DNA of 64,000 nt from Hypanus sabinus (Eukaryota). The notes beneath the pieces are model-generated. The model made no database searches and was not told the origin of the DNA. It saw only the letters and a list, made by a program, of their open reading frames with translations. The stretch is taken from assembly GCF_030144855.1 (NCBI RefSeq), contig NC_082729.1:35340001-35404000 (forward strand), written 5' to 3'. Both the position numbers and the translations under genes were made by a program. Positions within the stretch are counted from its first letter, which is position 1; every line of letters begins with the position of its first letter. Below are positions 11,714 to 23,337 of this stretch, in pieces.

Positions 11714-12890
11714 TAAGCAACACCTTGTATCATATACCGTCTGGGTAGTGCTCAGCCCCTTGGTATGAATATTGAATACTCCAACTTCCGGTAATTCCCT
11801 CCCCTTCCCCTCCATTCCCTCTCNNNNNNNNNNNNNNNNNNNNNNNNNNNNNNNNNNNNNNNNNNNNNNNNNNNNNNNNNNNNNNNNNNNNNNNNNNNNN
11901 NNNNNNNNNNNNNNNNNNNNNNNNNNNNNNNNNNNNNNNNNNNNNNNNNNNNNNNNNNNNNNNNNNNNNNNNNNNNNNNNNNNNNNNNNNNNNNNNNNNN
12001 NNNNNNNNNNNNNNNNNNNNNNNNNNNNNNNNNNNNNNNNNNNNNNNNNNNNNNNNNNNNNNNNNNNNNNNNNNNNNNNNNNNNNNNNNNNNNNNNNNNN
12101 NNNNNNNNNNNNNNNNNNNNNNNNNNNNNNNNNNNNNNNNNNNNNNNNNNNNNNNNNNNNNNNNNNNNNNNNNNNNNNNCCTCCCTTCCCCCTCNNNNNN
12201 NNNNNNNNNNNNNNNNNNNNNNNNNNNNNNNNNNNNNNNNNNNNNNNNNNNNNNNNNNNNNNNNNNNNNNNNNNNNNNNNNNNNNNNNNNNNNNNNNNNN
12301 NNNNNNNNNNNNNNNNNNNNNNNNNNNNNNNNNNNNNNNNNNNNNNNNNNNNNNNNNNNNNNNNNNNNNNNNNNNNNNNNNNNNNNNNNNNNNNNNNNTC
12401 CCCCCTTCCCCCCTCCCCCCTTCCCCCCTTCCCCTTCCCCCTCCCCCCTTCCCCCCTTCCCCTTCCCCCTCCCCCCTTCCCCTTCCCTTCCCCCCTCCCC
12501 CCCTTCCCCTTCCCCCCTCCCCTTCCCCCCTTCCCTCTTCCCCCTCTCCTTCCCTTCCCCACTATCACTCTGCCTCCTCTTCCAGCTGCCTATCACCTCT
12601 CTCATGATTCTGCCTTCTTAGTACCCATAGTGCTTTCCCCTTACATTCTTCTTCACCTCTCCTGCCTATCCCCTTCCTACTTCCCCTCCCCACCCCCCTT
12701 GATCTTTCCTCTGATTGGTTTTTCACCTACACCTTCCCCCTCCCTCCCCCCCCCCAACTTCTTTAAAGGGCCCCTGCCCCCTCCTTCAGTCCTAACAAAG
12801 TGTCTCGGCCCAAAACGTGGACTGCTCATTTCACCGGATGCTGTCCGACCTACTGAGTTCATCCAGCTTGTTTGTACATGTGGATTCAGA
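11714..12890 (+). mobile_element. 5'-truncated Penelope-like element with an expanded polypyrimidine tract and N runs
   Basis: Begins with the GIY-YIG C-terminus (QHL..RLGSAQPLGMNIEYSNFR*); 3' end matches the other PLE copies; reverse complement of the 35.7-36.1 kb element. Confidence 0.75.
11824..12398. other. Undetermined bases (two N runs, 11824-12179 and 12195-12398) in a (CCCCTT)-type tract
   Basis: Seen directly; the flanks are low-complexity C/T sequence. Confidence 0.95.
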
Positions 12891-13999
12891 AGGGTGGCTG
12901 CAGAGAAGTGGGCTGATAAGTGATGTGTGGGTGTGCGGGGAGGGGGGGAGAGGGCGTGGACTGACAAGGGGTAGATGCAGAGGGTGGGGTGAAGAATGGT
13001 CCAGAGGGTGGAATGACTGAGACCGTTGCAGAGCATGAGATTCCGGTGTGGGTGCATTGAGTGTGTGTGTGTGACTGGTTGGAAGGTGACTTCAGAAGGT
13101 GGGACTGAGGGATTGGAGTACTGGTTGAGACTAACCACATCTGTGCAAAGTGTGAGCAGGTGAATGTGGGGTGAGTGAGGAGGGAGGTGCTGAGTCTAAG
13201 TGGTGGTTTAGAGATTTGTACTGAAGGGGTATGTGTCTGTGAGGAGGTAGTGCAGACTGATTCTCAGGGGTGAAGAGATGGCTGCAGGAGGTGAGAGGAA
13301 ATAAATGGAAGGGAGGAATTGGTTTATGATGGGAGATGGTTATCGAGGGTGCCCGGGGGATTAGTGGGAAATGTGGGTGGGAGGGGATGTGGTTGTGTGC
13401 CACTTAAATGGAGGGAATTTCTGGAGATCACTCTTGCCTCCCTCCTCCTTCCTAACCTTGCTCTCTTTGATCCACCTCAATTCCAACTTCAAAGTCATGA
13501 ACAGCATATTTAGGGTGAATGTGCCGTTTTTTTCCCCAGCGATTGGGAATTAAGAACAAGAGAGTGTAGGTTTAAAATGAGAGGAGGTACAGAAGCCTGA
13601 AGGCACACATGCAGTGAATCAGAAATAGTTTCTTCCTCTCTGCCATAAGATTCCTAAAGGGACATTGAAACCATGAACATGAACTCACTTTTTTTAATAA
13701 ATATTTTTAATCTATTCAATATACACATATACTTAATGTAATTGATTTACTGAGTTATTTAATTTTCTAAAATCATACTGCCATTGCTAATTTTCTAAAA
13801 TCATACTGCCGTCGCTAATACATGCCAGTGAAAATAAACTGATTCTGATCATCTGTACTTTTACAACAGCAGTACAGTGCAGAGGCCATAAATTAGTGCA
13901 AAAAAAAAGAACAGTAAAGTAGTGTTCATGCATTCATGAATTGTTTGAAGATCTGATGGCAGAAGCTGGCTATTCAGTCTCCTGAACCTCATCCGGATG

Positions 14000-16080
14000 G
14001 TTTGTAATGAGAAGAGGGCTTGTCCCAGTTGGAGAGCTAGAGGAATTGACAATATCCAAGCAGTTTCAATTCTATGAATTTGTGATTGACTGCACTGAAC
14101 ATCTTTCAACAAGGTAGGAGGATGGAAATGCAATGAAGAGTAGTCTGGCTCTTCTCCAAAGACTATGAAACTTTCTATGACAGTATAGGCAAATATCACA
14201 AAAGCCGACAGTTTTGAAAAGCATTTTTGTTTTTTCATCACACTGAACTTTGATCATTTCTTCTTGCAAGCTCTCTTGCTGTTCTTTCACTTTGCAAAGA
14301 AATGGGTTAAATACCCAGTCCTGAATTTCCAGATTGTTCAAATTGATTTGGATAGTCTTTCTTCAGCGACTGCAAGTGTAAGCGGTACTTTTGCAAATCA
14401 TCATCTGTGAAAGGGAATGCCATACTTTCCATGCAGGGAAAATGTGAGGACATTTTTCTCCCAATGTTTTGCTTATATACTTCCAACTTTCTGATAAAAG
14501 TGGACACTGCACTTTTTGCCAGGATTAAATTGAAATTCTCATTTATATTTAGAATGTTCATTTCACCATATAGATTGGCTAGGTATGCCAAATACAGAAG
14601 TTCAACCCTATTCCCCAAGCTCTGGTCTACTTTGAGCAAAAAGTCAACCACAGTGGCAAAAAGATCAAAGAAATATTTTAAGTCGCAGACCTTTGACAGA
14701 CAATGCACTTCAGTGTAAAGAAACAAGAATTTAAATTTTTCATCATAATCTTGGCATAACTGGCAAAATATACTGCTATTTAAAGGATGAGCTTTAACTT
14801 TGTTGCTAGCAGATATTACAAGAGTCATGCCTGAAAAGAGTCGCTGGTTGAGGTTTTTGGCTCCAAGATGGTGACGATGATTTAGCCAATGGATTGTAAA
14901 CAGACTGGGATTTTTTTTGTACTTAAACGAGAGGACATGATTTGAGAGTTAGGGGGCAGAATTTTAAGGGAAACACGAGGGGGTATTTCTTTACTCAGAG
15001 AGTGATAGCTGTGTGGAATGAACTTCCTGAAGAAGTAGTAGAGGCCAGTTCAGTTGTGTCATTTAAGGTAAAATTGGATAGGTATATGGACAGGAAAGGA
15101 GTGGAGGGTTATGGGCTGAGTGCGGGTAGGTGGGACTAGGTGAGATTAAGAGTTTGGCACGGACTAGGAGGGCCGAGATGGCCTGCTTCTATGCTGTGAT
15201 TGTTATATGGTTAAATACCACTGACCCGACATGGTGACCCCTCATATATAGTATTCCATCTGTTGTACAAGAAATTATGCTCCTAATCAGGGTACTTTTA
15301 TCCTCAAATACATTTTGAGCTCTTCGTAGATTGATTCTCAATTGATATTTGTTTTTAACTTTTTGTAGAAGAGAATCTCATCACAAACTTTGCCATTTCT
15401 GATAAACCGTACATATGCTATTAGCAATGCCTCGTCATGATCCAGTTGTATCCCAAGTTCTGTCTTTTGTAACTCTGTGCCCAGTTGATACTCAATGTCT
15501 TCACTCGTTTCATCAAAATGTTGTGCTGGAGAGTTATTACTCAGAGGAATTGATTTTCAAATATTGGGATCATTTTGAGAACAGTGGTGAGCACTTCTGA
15601 TACAGCAGCATTATTAATCTTTCACAAATTCTACGTGATTTTCCACTTTGCTATCATTTTGGAAATGTTATAAGAAGCAATGAGACCACTAGCATGGTCA
15701 TTTTTAGTTTTCCTGGCAAATAACTCAAGTGCACAATGCTTTTCCAATGCTTCTTTCATCTTCTGTTACCGAATAATACCATAAATAGCTTTTTTCGGGT
15801 GTCTTTTACTGAAATGTTCCTGCAATCTTGATGGTTTTATGCTTCATTAGACATAAGGTATTACAAATGAGGCACATGAGGCATCGCTGACCTGATGGGA
15901 TGGAATAAAAATATACTCCAGGAATGTAACATTCTATTGACACACTTTTTGTAGTTTCTGTTTCTCAGCAGGATTAGAATTCAAGGTTTAACCTTATCAA
16001 AATTCAGAATGATGAAAAAGGACTCACAGAGATGGCGCCATATCTATTTATCCATCGTTAATGGGGCTAAATTAAAATAA
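14000..16080 (-). mobile_element. Degenerate hAT (Charlie/Buster, SCAND3/ZBED8-like) transposase, interrupted by a CR1 3' fragment at ~14925-15215
   Basis: BED-finger remnant (CLICN...KPSRLQEHFSKRHP), KAHPLNS.IFCQLC...TEV..LSK and FPSSYLVER motifs; frameshifts and stops; present only in unit A. Confidence 0.8.
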
Positions 16081-16112
16081 AGAGTTTACACAAACTGGGG
16101 ATGCCTATCACA

Positions 16113-16461
16113 TGTTAACAACAGCAGCGAGTTGACATGGATGGAACGATGGTAGCGGCACACAAGGAACAGCGAGGTGAAGATGAGGACGATCACAACA
16201 GCGGAAATTACGTTGACAAGGATTCAGATTGGAATCTGAATGTTGGTTGGGGCAGAGCTGGTGTTCGGCAAGCTCCCTATATACTATTTCAGTTGGAGTG
16301 ATTGACCAATCAAGTAAGGTCTCATAATCCCCAAAGATGGTTCTTAACCGCACATACGAAGGTGAGAGCACTGAATACCTCAACTGGTAACCTTGGGGTC
16401 GGCACGTTCACTGGTTAACTCTATTTCACCATTTGGTTCCGGCCGGCACGGTATCGTTACA
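16113..16461 (-). mobile_element. Possible solo LTR
   Basis: TGTAAC...GTTAACA termini with internal CCAAT- and TATA-like motifs; no target-site duplication found. Confidence 0.4.
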
Positions 16462-16928
16462 CGACCTGTTTTCCATTGATCTGTAAAGAAAGTTGAGAGC
16501 GTGTACTTGACTTATCAACTGTTAAATTGCATGAACTTGTTCTGTGTCGCGAGCCAAGGGGAACTGTTGGACACCCTGGTTGCTAAATTATGGATCCCCA
16601 ATAATGTCTGCTTGATTGGTAAGGTCGGATGAGATGATCGAATTTCTGACATGTTGTGATGACGAGTGCTCACCGCCTGCTGAGCTGTGGGTCTTCCTGT
16701 GTTCCAGTGCCTGATCCTCTTTTTTTTTTGCAAGTGCCTACTCTTCTAACGGTTGGTCAGGTCTCATGACTCAAGTTAGGGTGCCACTTACTGTCCTCAC
16801 CCCACCCCCGGACAACTTCTATTTCCTCAAATGGCCTCGTAATTCACGTAACGGCTCCCGTTGGGAATCACTGCTGCAGGTGAATACTTTGCATCTCGTG
16901 ATCACAATCCGATAGGTTTCAAAGTAAA

Positions 16929-17134
16929 CACGAGGAAATCTGCAGATGCTGGAAATTCAAACAACAACACACACAAAATGCTGGTGGAACACAGCAGGCC
17001 AGGCAGCATCTATAGGGAGAAGCGCCTATGTCCTGTGTCCTGACGAAGGGTCTCGGCCTGAAACGTCGACAGCACTTCTCCCTATAGATGCTGCCTGGCC
17101 TGCTGTGTTCCACCAGCATTTTGTGTGTGTTGTA
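16929..17134 (+). mobile_element. Palindromic mini Penelope-derived element with 13-bp TSD
   Basis: About 59-bp inverted arms (16962-17020 / 17075-17133); GTTTCAAAGTAAA duplicated at 16916-16928 and 17135-17147; empty site in unit B near 36916. Confidence 0.85.
17036..17071 (+). ncRNA. Minimal type I hammerhead ribozyme (Penelope-type)
   Basis: UGUC-CUGACGA-AGGGUCUCGGCCU-GAAAC-GUC/GACA: intact core, stem II, palindromic ACGU stem III, GUC cleavage triplet, 4-bp stem I. Confidence 0.7.
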
Positions 17135-17534
17135 GTTTCAAAGTAAATATGCAAAATGAAAGCACTGGTCTGTGGGTGGAGATTCTAAATTGGTGAAAGG
17201 CCAATTTTGACAGGATCAGAAATGGACTGTGACAGACTGTTTTCTGGCACTGGTGCACTTGGTAAGTGGAAGGCCTTCACAAGTGAAATTTTGAGAGAAC
17301 AAAGCTAGTATGAATGTGTCGGGATAAAAGGTAAAGGTATCGGGTGTAGAGAAGCTTAGTTTTCAAGAGATAAGGATAAGAGACAAAGGGGTTAAGAGAA
17401 AAAGGAGGTGCATGGCAGGTATAGGCAGGTTGAGACAAATGAGCTGCTTATGCAATGCAAGAGAACGCCTAAGAAATTAATCAGGAGAGCTAAAAGAAGG
17501 CATGAAGTTGGCCTAGCAGTCAAGGTGAAAGAGA

Positions 17535-19975
17535 ATAGAAACATAGAAACCCTACAGCACAATACAAGCCCTTCAGCCCACATAGCTGTGCCGAACATAT
17601 CCTTACCTTAGAGGTAGGTAACCTCTCTTCCCTCTCTTCTTCCAAGCTACATGGACCTGTCCAGGAGTCTCCTAAAAGACCCTATTGTATCTGCCTCCAC
17701 CACTATTGCCGGCAGCCCATTCCACGTACTCTACACTCTCTGCGTAAAAGACATACCCCTAACATCTCCTCTGTACCTACTTCCAAGCACCTTAAAACTG
17801 TGCTCTCTCGTGCTAGCCATTGCCAGCCCTGGGAAGAAGCCTCTGACTATCCACATGATCAATGCCTCTCATCATCTTATACATCTCCATCAGGTCACCT
17901 CTCATCCTCCGTCGCTCCAAGGGAAAAAGGCCGAGTTCACTCAACCTATTCTCATAAGGCATGCTCCCCAATCCAGACAACATCCTTCCAAATCTCCTCT
18001 GCACACTTCCTACGGTTTCCACATCCTTCCTAAAGTGAGGCACAGTACACCAAATGAGGTCCGACCAGGGTCCTATATAGCTGCAGCATTACCTCTCAGT
18101 TCCTAAACTCAATCCTACTATTGATGAAGGCCAATGCACTGTCGGCTTTCCTAACCACAGAGTCAACCTGTGCAGCAGCTTTCCCTGTGCTATGGACTTA
18201 ACCCCAAAATCCCTCTGATCCTCCACACTGCCAAGAGTCTTGCCATTAATACTATATTCTGTCATCATATTTGACCTACCAAAATGAACCACCTCACACT
18301 TATCTGGGTTGAACTCCATCTGCCAGTTCTCAGCCCAGTTTTGCATCCTAACAATGTCCCACTGTAACCTCTGATAGCCCTCCATACTATCCACAACACC
18401 CCCAAACTTTGTGTCATCAGCAAATTTTCTAACCCATCCCTCCACTTCTTCATCAAGGTCATTTCTAAAAATCACGAAGAGCAGGGGTCCCAGAACAGAT
18501 CCTTGAGGCACACCACTGGTCACTGGCTTCCATGCAGAATATGACCAATGGGTCATCTACTAGCACACTTTGTCTAATGTGGGCAAGCTAGTCCGGATCC
18601 ACAAAGCATTGTCCATTAGATCCATGTTTCCTTACTTTCTCATTAAGCCTTGCATGTGGTACCTCATCAAATGCCTTGCTGAAATCCATATATACTACTC
18701 TACCTTCCTCAATGTGTTTAGTCACATTCTCAAAAATTTCAATCAGTCTCGTCGGGCATGACCTGCCTTCACAGAGCCATGCTGACTATTCCTAATTATA
18801 TTTTGTCTCTCCAACTGTTCATATATCCTGCCTCTCAGGATCTTCTCCATCAACTTACCAACCACTAAAGTAAGACTCACTGGTCTATAATGTCATGGGC
18901 TATCTCTACTCCCTTTCTTGAATAAGGGAACAACATCCACAACCTTCCAATCCTCTGGAACCTCTCCCATCCCCATTGATAATGCAAGGATCATTGCCAA
19001 AGGCTCAGCAATCTCCTCCCTTGCCTCCCACAGTAGCCTGGGGTACATCTCATATGGTCCTGGTGACTTATCCAACTTGATGCTTTCCAAAATCTACAAC
19101 ACATCCACCTTCTTAATATCTACATGCTCAAGCTTTTCAGTCCACTACAATCACCAAGATCCTTTTCCATAGTGAATACTGAAGCAAAGTACTCATTAAG
19201 AACCTCTGCTATCTCCTCTGATTCCATACACACATTTCCACTGTCACACTTGATTGGTCCTATTCTCTCACATCTTATCCTCTTGCTCTTCACAAACTTG
19301 TAGAATGCCTTGGGGGTTTTCCTTAAATCTGTCCGCCAAGGCCTTCTCATGGCCCCTTCTGGCTCTCCTAATTTCATTCTTAAGCTCCTTCCTGCTAGCC
19401 TTATAATCTTCTGGATCTCTATCATTACCTAGTCTTTTGAAGCTTTCGTAAGCTCTTCTTTTCTTTTTGACTAGATTTACAACAGACTTTGTACAACCCG
19501 GTTCCTGAATCCTACCATCATTTCACTCTCATTGGAATGTATCTATGCAGAACTCCACGCAAATATCTCATGAGCATTTGTCACATTTCTTCCATACATT
19601 TCCCTGAGAACATCTGTTCCCAATTTATGCTCACAAGTTCCTGCCCGATAGCTTTATTTTTCCCCTTACTCCAAATAGACGCTTTCCCAACTTCTCTATT
19701 CCTGTCCCTCTCCAATGCTGTGGTAAAGGAGATAGAATTGTGATAACTATCTCCAAAATGCATGCCCACTGAGTGGTCTGACACGTGACCAGGATCATTT
19801 CCCAATACCAGCTCAAGTACAGCCCGTCCTCTTGTAAGCTCATCTACAATAAACCTTCCTGAACACACCTAACAAACTCCACCCAATCTAAACTTCTCGC
19901 TCTAGGGACATGCCAATCAATATATTGGGAAATTAAAATCTACCACTACAACAACACTGTATACCTTTCCAGAAT
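17535..19975 (-). mobile_element. CR1 LINE (ORF2 EN/RT, degenerate) nested in an older plus-strand CR1 (~16870-22050); paralogue ~37285-39770
   Basis: [23 protein letters not shown] and LDKSPGP motifs; (TTTCTATG)n 3' tail. Confidence 0.9.
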
Positions 19976-20345
19976 TTGCAGAAAGGGATTCTACAGAAAT
20001 GTTAAGAGCAAAAGGATAGCAAGGGACAAAATTGGTCCTCTGGAAGATGAAAATGGTAATTCATATGTGGAGCCAAAAAGAGATCTTAAATGATTTTTTT
20101 CATATGTATTTACTCAGGAGACAGACACAGAGTCTATAGAAGTGAGGCAAAATGGCTTCAACTTCATGGACCCTCCAGAGATTACTGGGTGGGGGGTAGA
20201 GATGTTTGCTGTACTGAGGCAAATCAGGGTGGATAAATCCCCTGGGACTGACAAGGCGTTCGTACAGAGCCTGTGGGAAGCAAGAGCAGACATAGCTCTA
20301 GCCCAAGCAGAGATATTTAAATCATCCTTTGCAACAGAAGGAATG

Positions 20346-20611
20346 CCAGGGGATTGGAGGGATACTAGGGGATTGGAGGGGTACCAGGGGATTGGAGGGA
20401 TACCAGGGGATTGGAGGGGTACCAGGGGATTGGAGGGATACTAGGGGATTGGAGGGGTACCAGGGGATTGGAGGAGTACCAGGGGATTGGAGGGATACCA
20501 GGGGATTGGAGGGGTACCAGGGGATTGGAGGAATGCCAGGGGATTGGAGGAATGCCAGGGGATTGGAGGGGTACCAGGGGATTGGAGGGGTACCAGGGGA
20601 TTGGAGGAATG
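20346..20611 (+). repeat. 19-bp G-rich minisatellite, 14 units (CCAGGGGATTGGAGGGGTA)
   Basis: 14 x 19 nt counted; single unit at the paralogous site ~40749-40768. Confidence 0.95.
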
Positions 20612-20675
20612 CTAATTTTGCAGTTCCCCCTCCCCCTCCTACTTTCAAATCTCTTAGTATCTTTCCTTTCAGTTA

Positions 20676-20709
20676 GTCCTGAGGAAGGGTCTCGGCCCGA
20701 AACGTCGAC
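20676..20709 (+). ncRNA. Minimal type I hammerhead ribozyme (Penelope-type)
   Basis: GUC-CUGAGGA-AGGGUCUCGGCCC-GAAAC-GUC/GAC. Confidence 0.7.
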
Positions 20710-22068
20710 AGCGCTTCTCCCTATAGATGTTGCCTGGCCTGCTGTGTTCCAGCAGCATTTTGTGTGTGTTGTTTGAATTTTCAGTAACTGCAGATTTCCT
20801 GCAGAATGCTAATGTTCTGCTATTTATGAAATCCTCCAAACAAACCAGGAAATTATAGGCAGGTGAGTCTGACATCAGTTGTAGGAAAGTTATTAGAAGA
20901 TATACTAAAGGACCAGACAAATTAGAATTTGGATAGACACAGACTGATTAGAGATAGTCAGCATTGCTCCATGCATGCTAGGTCATGTCTAACCAATCTT
21001 ATAGAATTTTTTGAGGAAGTTACCAGTTTAGTGGATTACTACAAGGCAGTGGATGTTACCTACATGGGCTTTAGCAAGGCATCTGACAAGGTTCTGCATG
21101 GGAGGTTGATTAAGAAGGTTCAGTTGCTCAGCACTCGATGGAGGTAGTAAATTGGATTAGATAATGGCTTTGTGAGCTTGGTTGCCTCTCTGACTGAAGC
21201 TCTGTGACTACCGGGGTGCCGCAGGAATCGATACCTTGTCTGGTGTTGTTTGTCATCTGTATCAATGACCTTGATGATAACATGGTTAACTGGATCAGCA
21301 AATTTGCAGATGACACCAAGACTGGGGGTTGTAGTGGATAGCAAGGAAGGCTATCATGGCTTGCAGAGGGATCTGCATCAGGTGGGAAAAAATGGGCTGA
21401 AAAATGGCAGATGGATTTTAATGCAGTTAAGTGTGAGGTGTACTTCAGTAGGACCAACCTGGGTAGTTCTTACAACTGAATGGTAAGGCACTGAAGAGTG
21501 CGGTAGACAAAGGCTCCTTAATTCACTGGAAGTGGCATCACAAGAGGAGAGGGTTGTAAAGAGATCTTTTGGCAAAAGAGTTGGAAAGAGTCCAGAGCAA
21601 ATTTATAAGCATGTTGCTGGGACTGGAGGACCAGCATTATAAGGAAAGATTGAATAGGTTAGGACTTTATTCATTGGAATGAAGAAGATCGACAGGAAAT
21701 TTGACAGAGGTAATCAAAATTATGAGGGGTATAGATAGGGTAAATGAAATCATGTTTTTTGCACTGAGGTTGAGTGGGACTACAAGAGGTCTTGGGTTAA
21801 CAGTGAAAGGTGATATGTTTAAGGGGAACATGAGGGGAAACTTCTACACTCAGAGGGTCATGAGAGTGCACAAGTGATGCATGCAAGCTCAATTTCAATG
21901 CTTAAGTAAAGTTTGGATAGGCAACATGGAGGGCTCTGGTCCCGGTGCAGGTTGATGTGAGTAAGTAGTTAAAATTGTATCAGCATGGACTAGATGGGTC
22001 AAAAGACATGTTCCTTTTGTTTGACTCTATAACAGTAAAAACTATAAATTACGATAAGTACATATCTC

Positions 22069-23337
22069 TGTAACACCCTGGGAAAGGTCTCACTGTGAAT
22101 GTAATGGTCTTTCTGTAGCAGCAGTGTTTGGGTTATGGTTAGAAATAACGGGTGCTTTGGAATGTGAGCCGTCCAATGAGGGGAGGAACTCAGCAGGTCA
22201 GGCAGCATCTGTGGAAACGAGCAGTCAACGTTTGGGCCAAGACCCTTTATCAGGACTGAAGAGGGAGGAGGCAGGGAGTCTATAAAGAAGGTGGGAGGAG
22301 GGTGGGAAGAAGGCTGGTAGGTGCCAGGTGAGAAACCAGTCAGAGGAAAGATCAAGGTGTGGGGGAGGGGAAGCAGGGAGAGGATAGGCAGGAAAGGTGA
22401 AGAAGAAATGTAAGGAGAATGCACTGTGTGGTAGTAGAAGGCAGAATCATAAGAGAGGTGATAGGCAACTGGAAGAGGAGGCAGAGTGAAAGTGGGATGC
22501 AGGAAAGGAGAGGGAGGGAATTACCGGATGTTGGAGAATTCAACGTTCATGCTAAGGGGCTGGAGACTGGGTAGTATGAGGTATATGAGGTGTTGCTCCT
22601 CCAACCTGAGTTTGGCCTCATCATGGTAGTAGAGGAGGCCATGTGTGGACATATCCGAATGGGAATGTGAAGCAGAGTTGACAGGAGTGTTTTTCCTGCT
22701 GTGTGCCTGACACCAAGGTGATCTGCATCTTTTGTTCAGCGAGGGAGAAGACGCCAGAAAGGACAGGTTATAGACACAAGAAGTGGAATTGGAGTGGGGC
22801 AAAACTCAGGAGTCGACGATACCCAGGGAAATCAAGAGGACCAGCAGAAAGAAAACCGTGAGTTCCAACATGTGCACATTAGATTTTCATTAAAATGGAC
22901 CCATTTCTTTTTTGTTTTTACATTACTAATCCTTTAGTCAAATTTAGAATTATAAAGCTAAATCATTTAATTGCATATGGTGTACTATCTGTTATTTTAT
23001 GGTACTGATTTGTAACAGGGATCAAGCAGCATCCACACAAACAGGAGGTTTTGCACCCGTCTCACATGTTTGGTGGGGCCAGAAATCGTCTTTCCTAGAC
23101 TTACACAGCAACAGAACCTGATGGTCGCAATTGTGGGGATACCATTGGATGCTGTGTGATTGCCCTGAGCATTGACCCAGTGGGCTGTGTGTTTAAGTCT
23201 GTGCTAAACTATTGTTCAGTAAAGCGATCACGATACGTGGACATGGATGCTGCCGGGGTTGAGCAGTGATTTGCATCCACAGGGTCACCGGTAATTAATG
23301 CACGTGGGTTGAGTGCGGTAGATGTTTGTACTCCTGA
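22069..23337 (+). mobile_element. Gypsy LTR plus leader (unit A copy), carrying a minus-strand PLE insertion at ~22180-22690 and truncated by L1
   Basis: Collinear with 42168-42928; PBS partly deleted; the PLE encodes HSHSDMSTHGLLYYHDEAKLRLEEQHLIY. Confidence 0.75.

Noticed and set aside
11660-12923. 300-380 aa Gly/Pro-rich ORFs
   Set aside because: Artefacts of N runs and the (CCCCTT)n tract.
16531-16626. ATG...G|GTAAGG phase-1 unit on the plus strand, head-to-head with WA in both copies, as a possible WB exon 1
   Set aside because: MNLFCVASQGELLDTLVAKLWIPNNVCLI is not signal-peptide-like, and no downstream beta1 or beta2 exon was found.
20142-20776. Repetitive GYQGIGG / DWRGTRG ORFs
   Set aside because: Translations of the 19-bp minisatellite inside a dead CR1.
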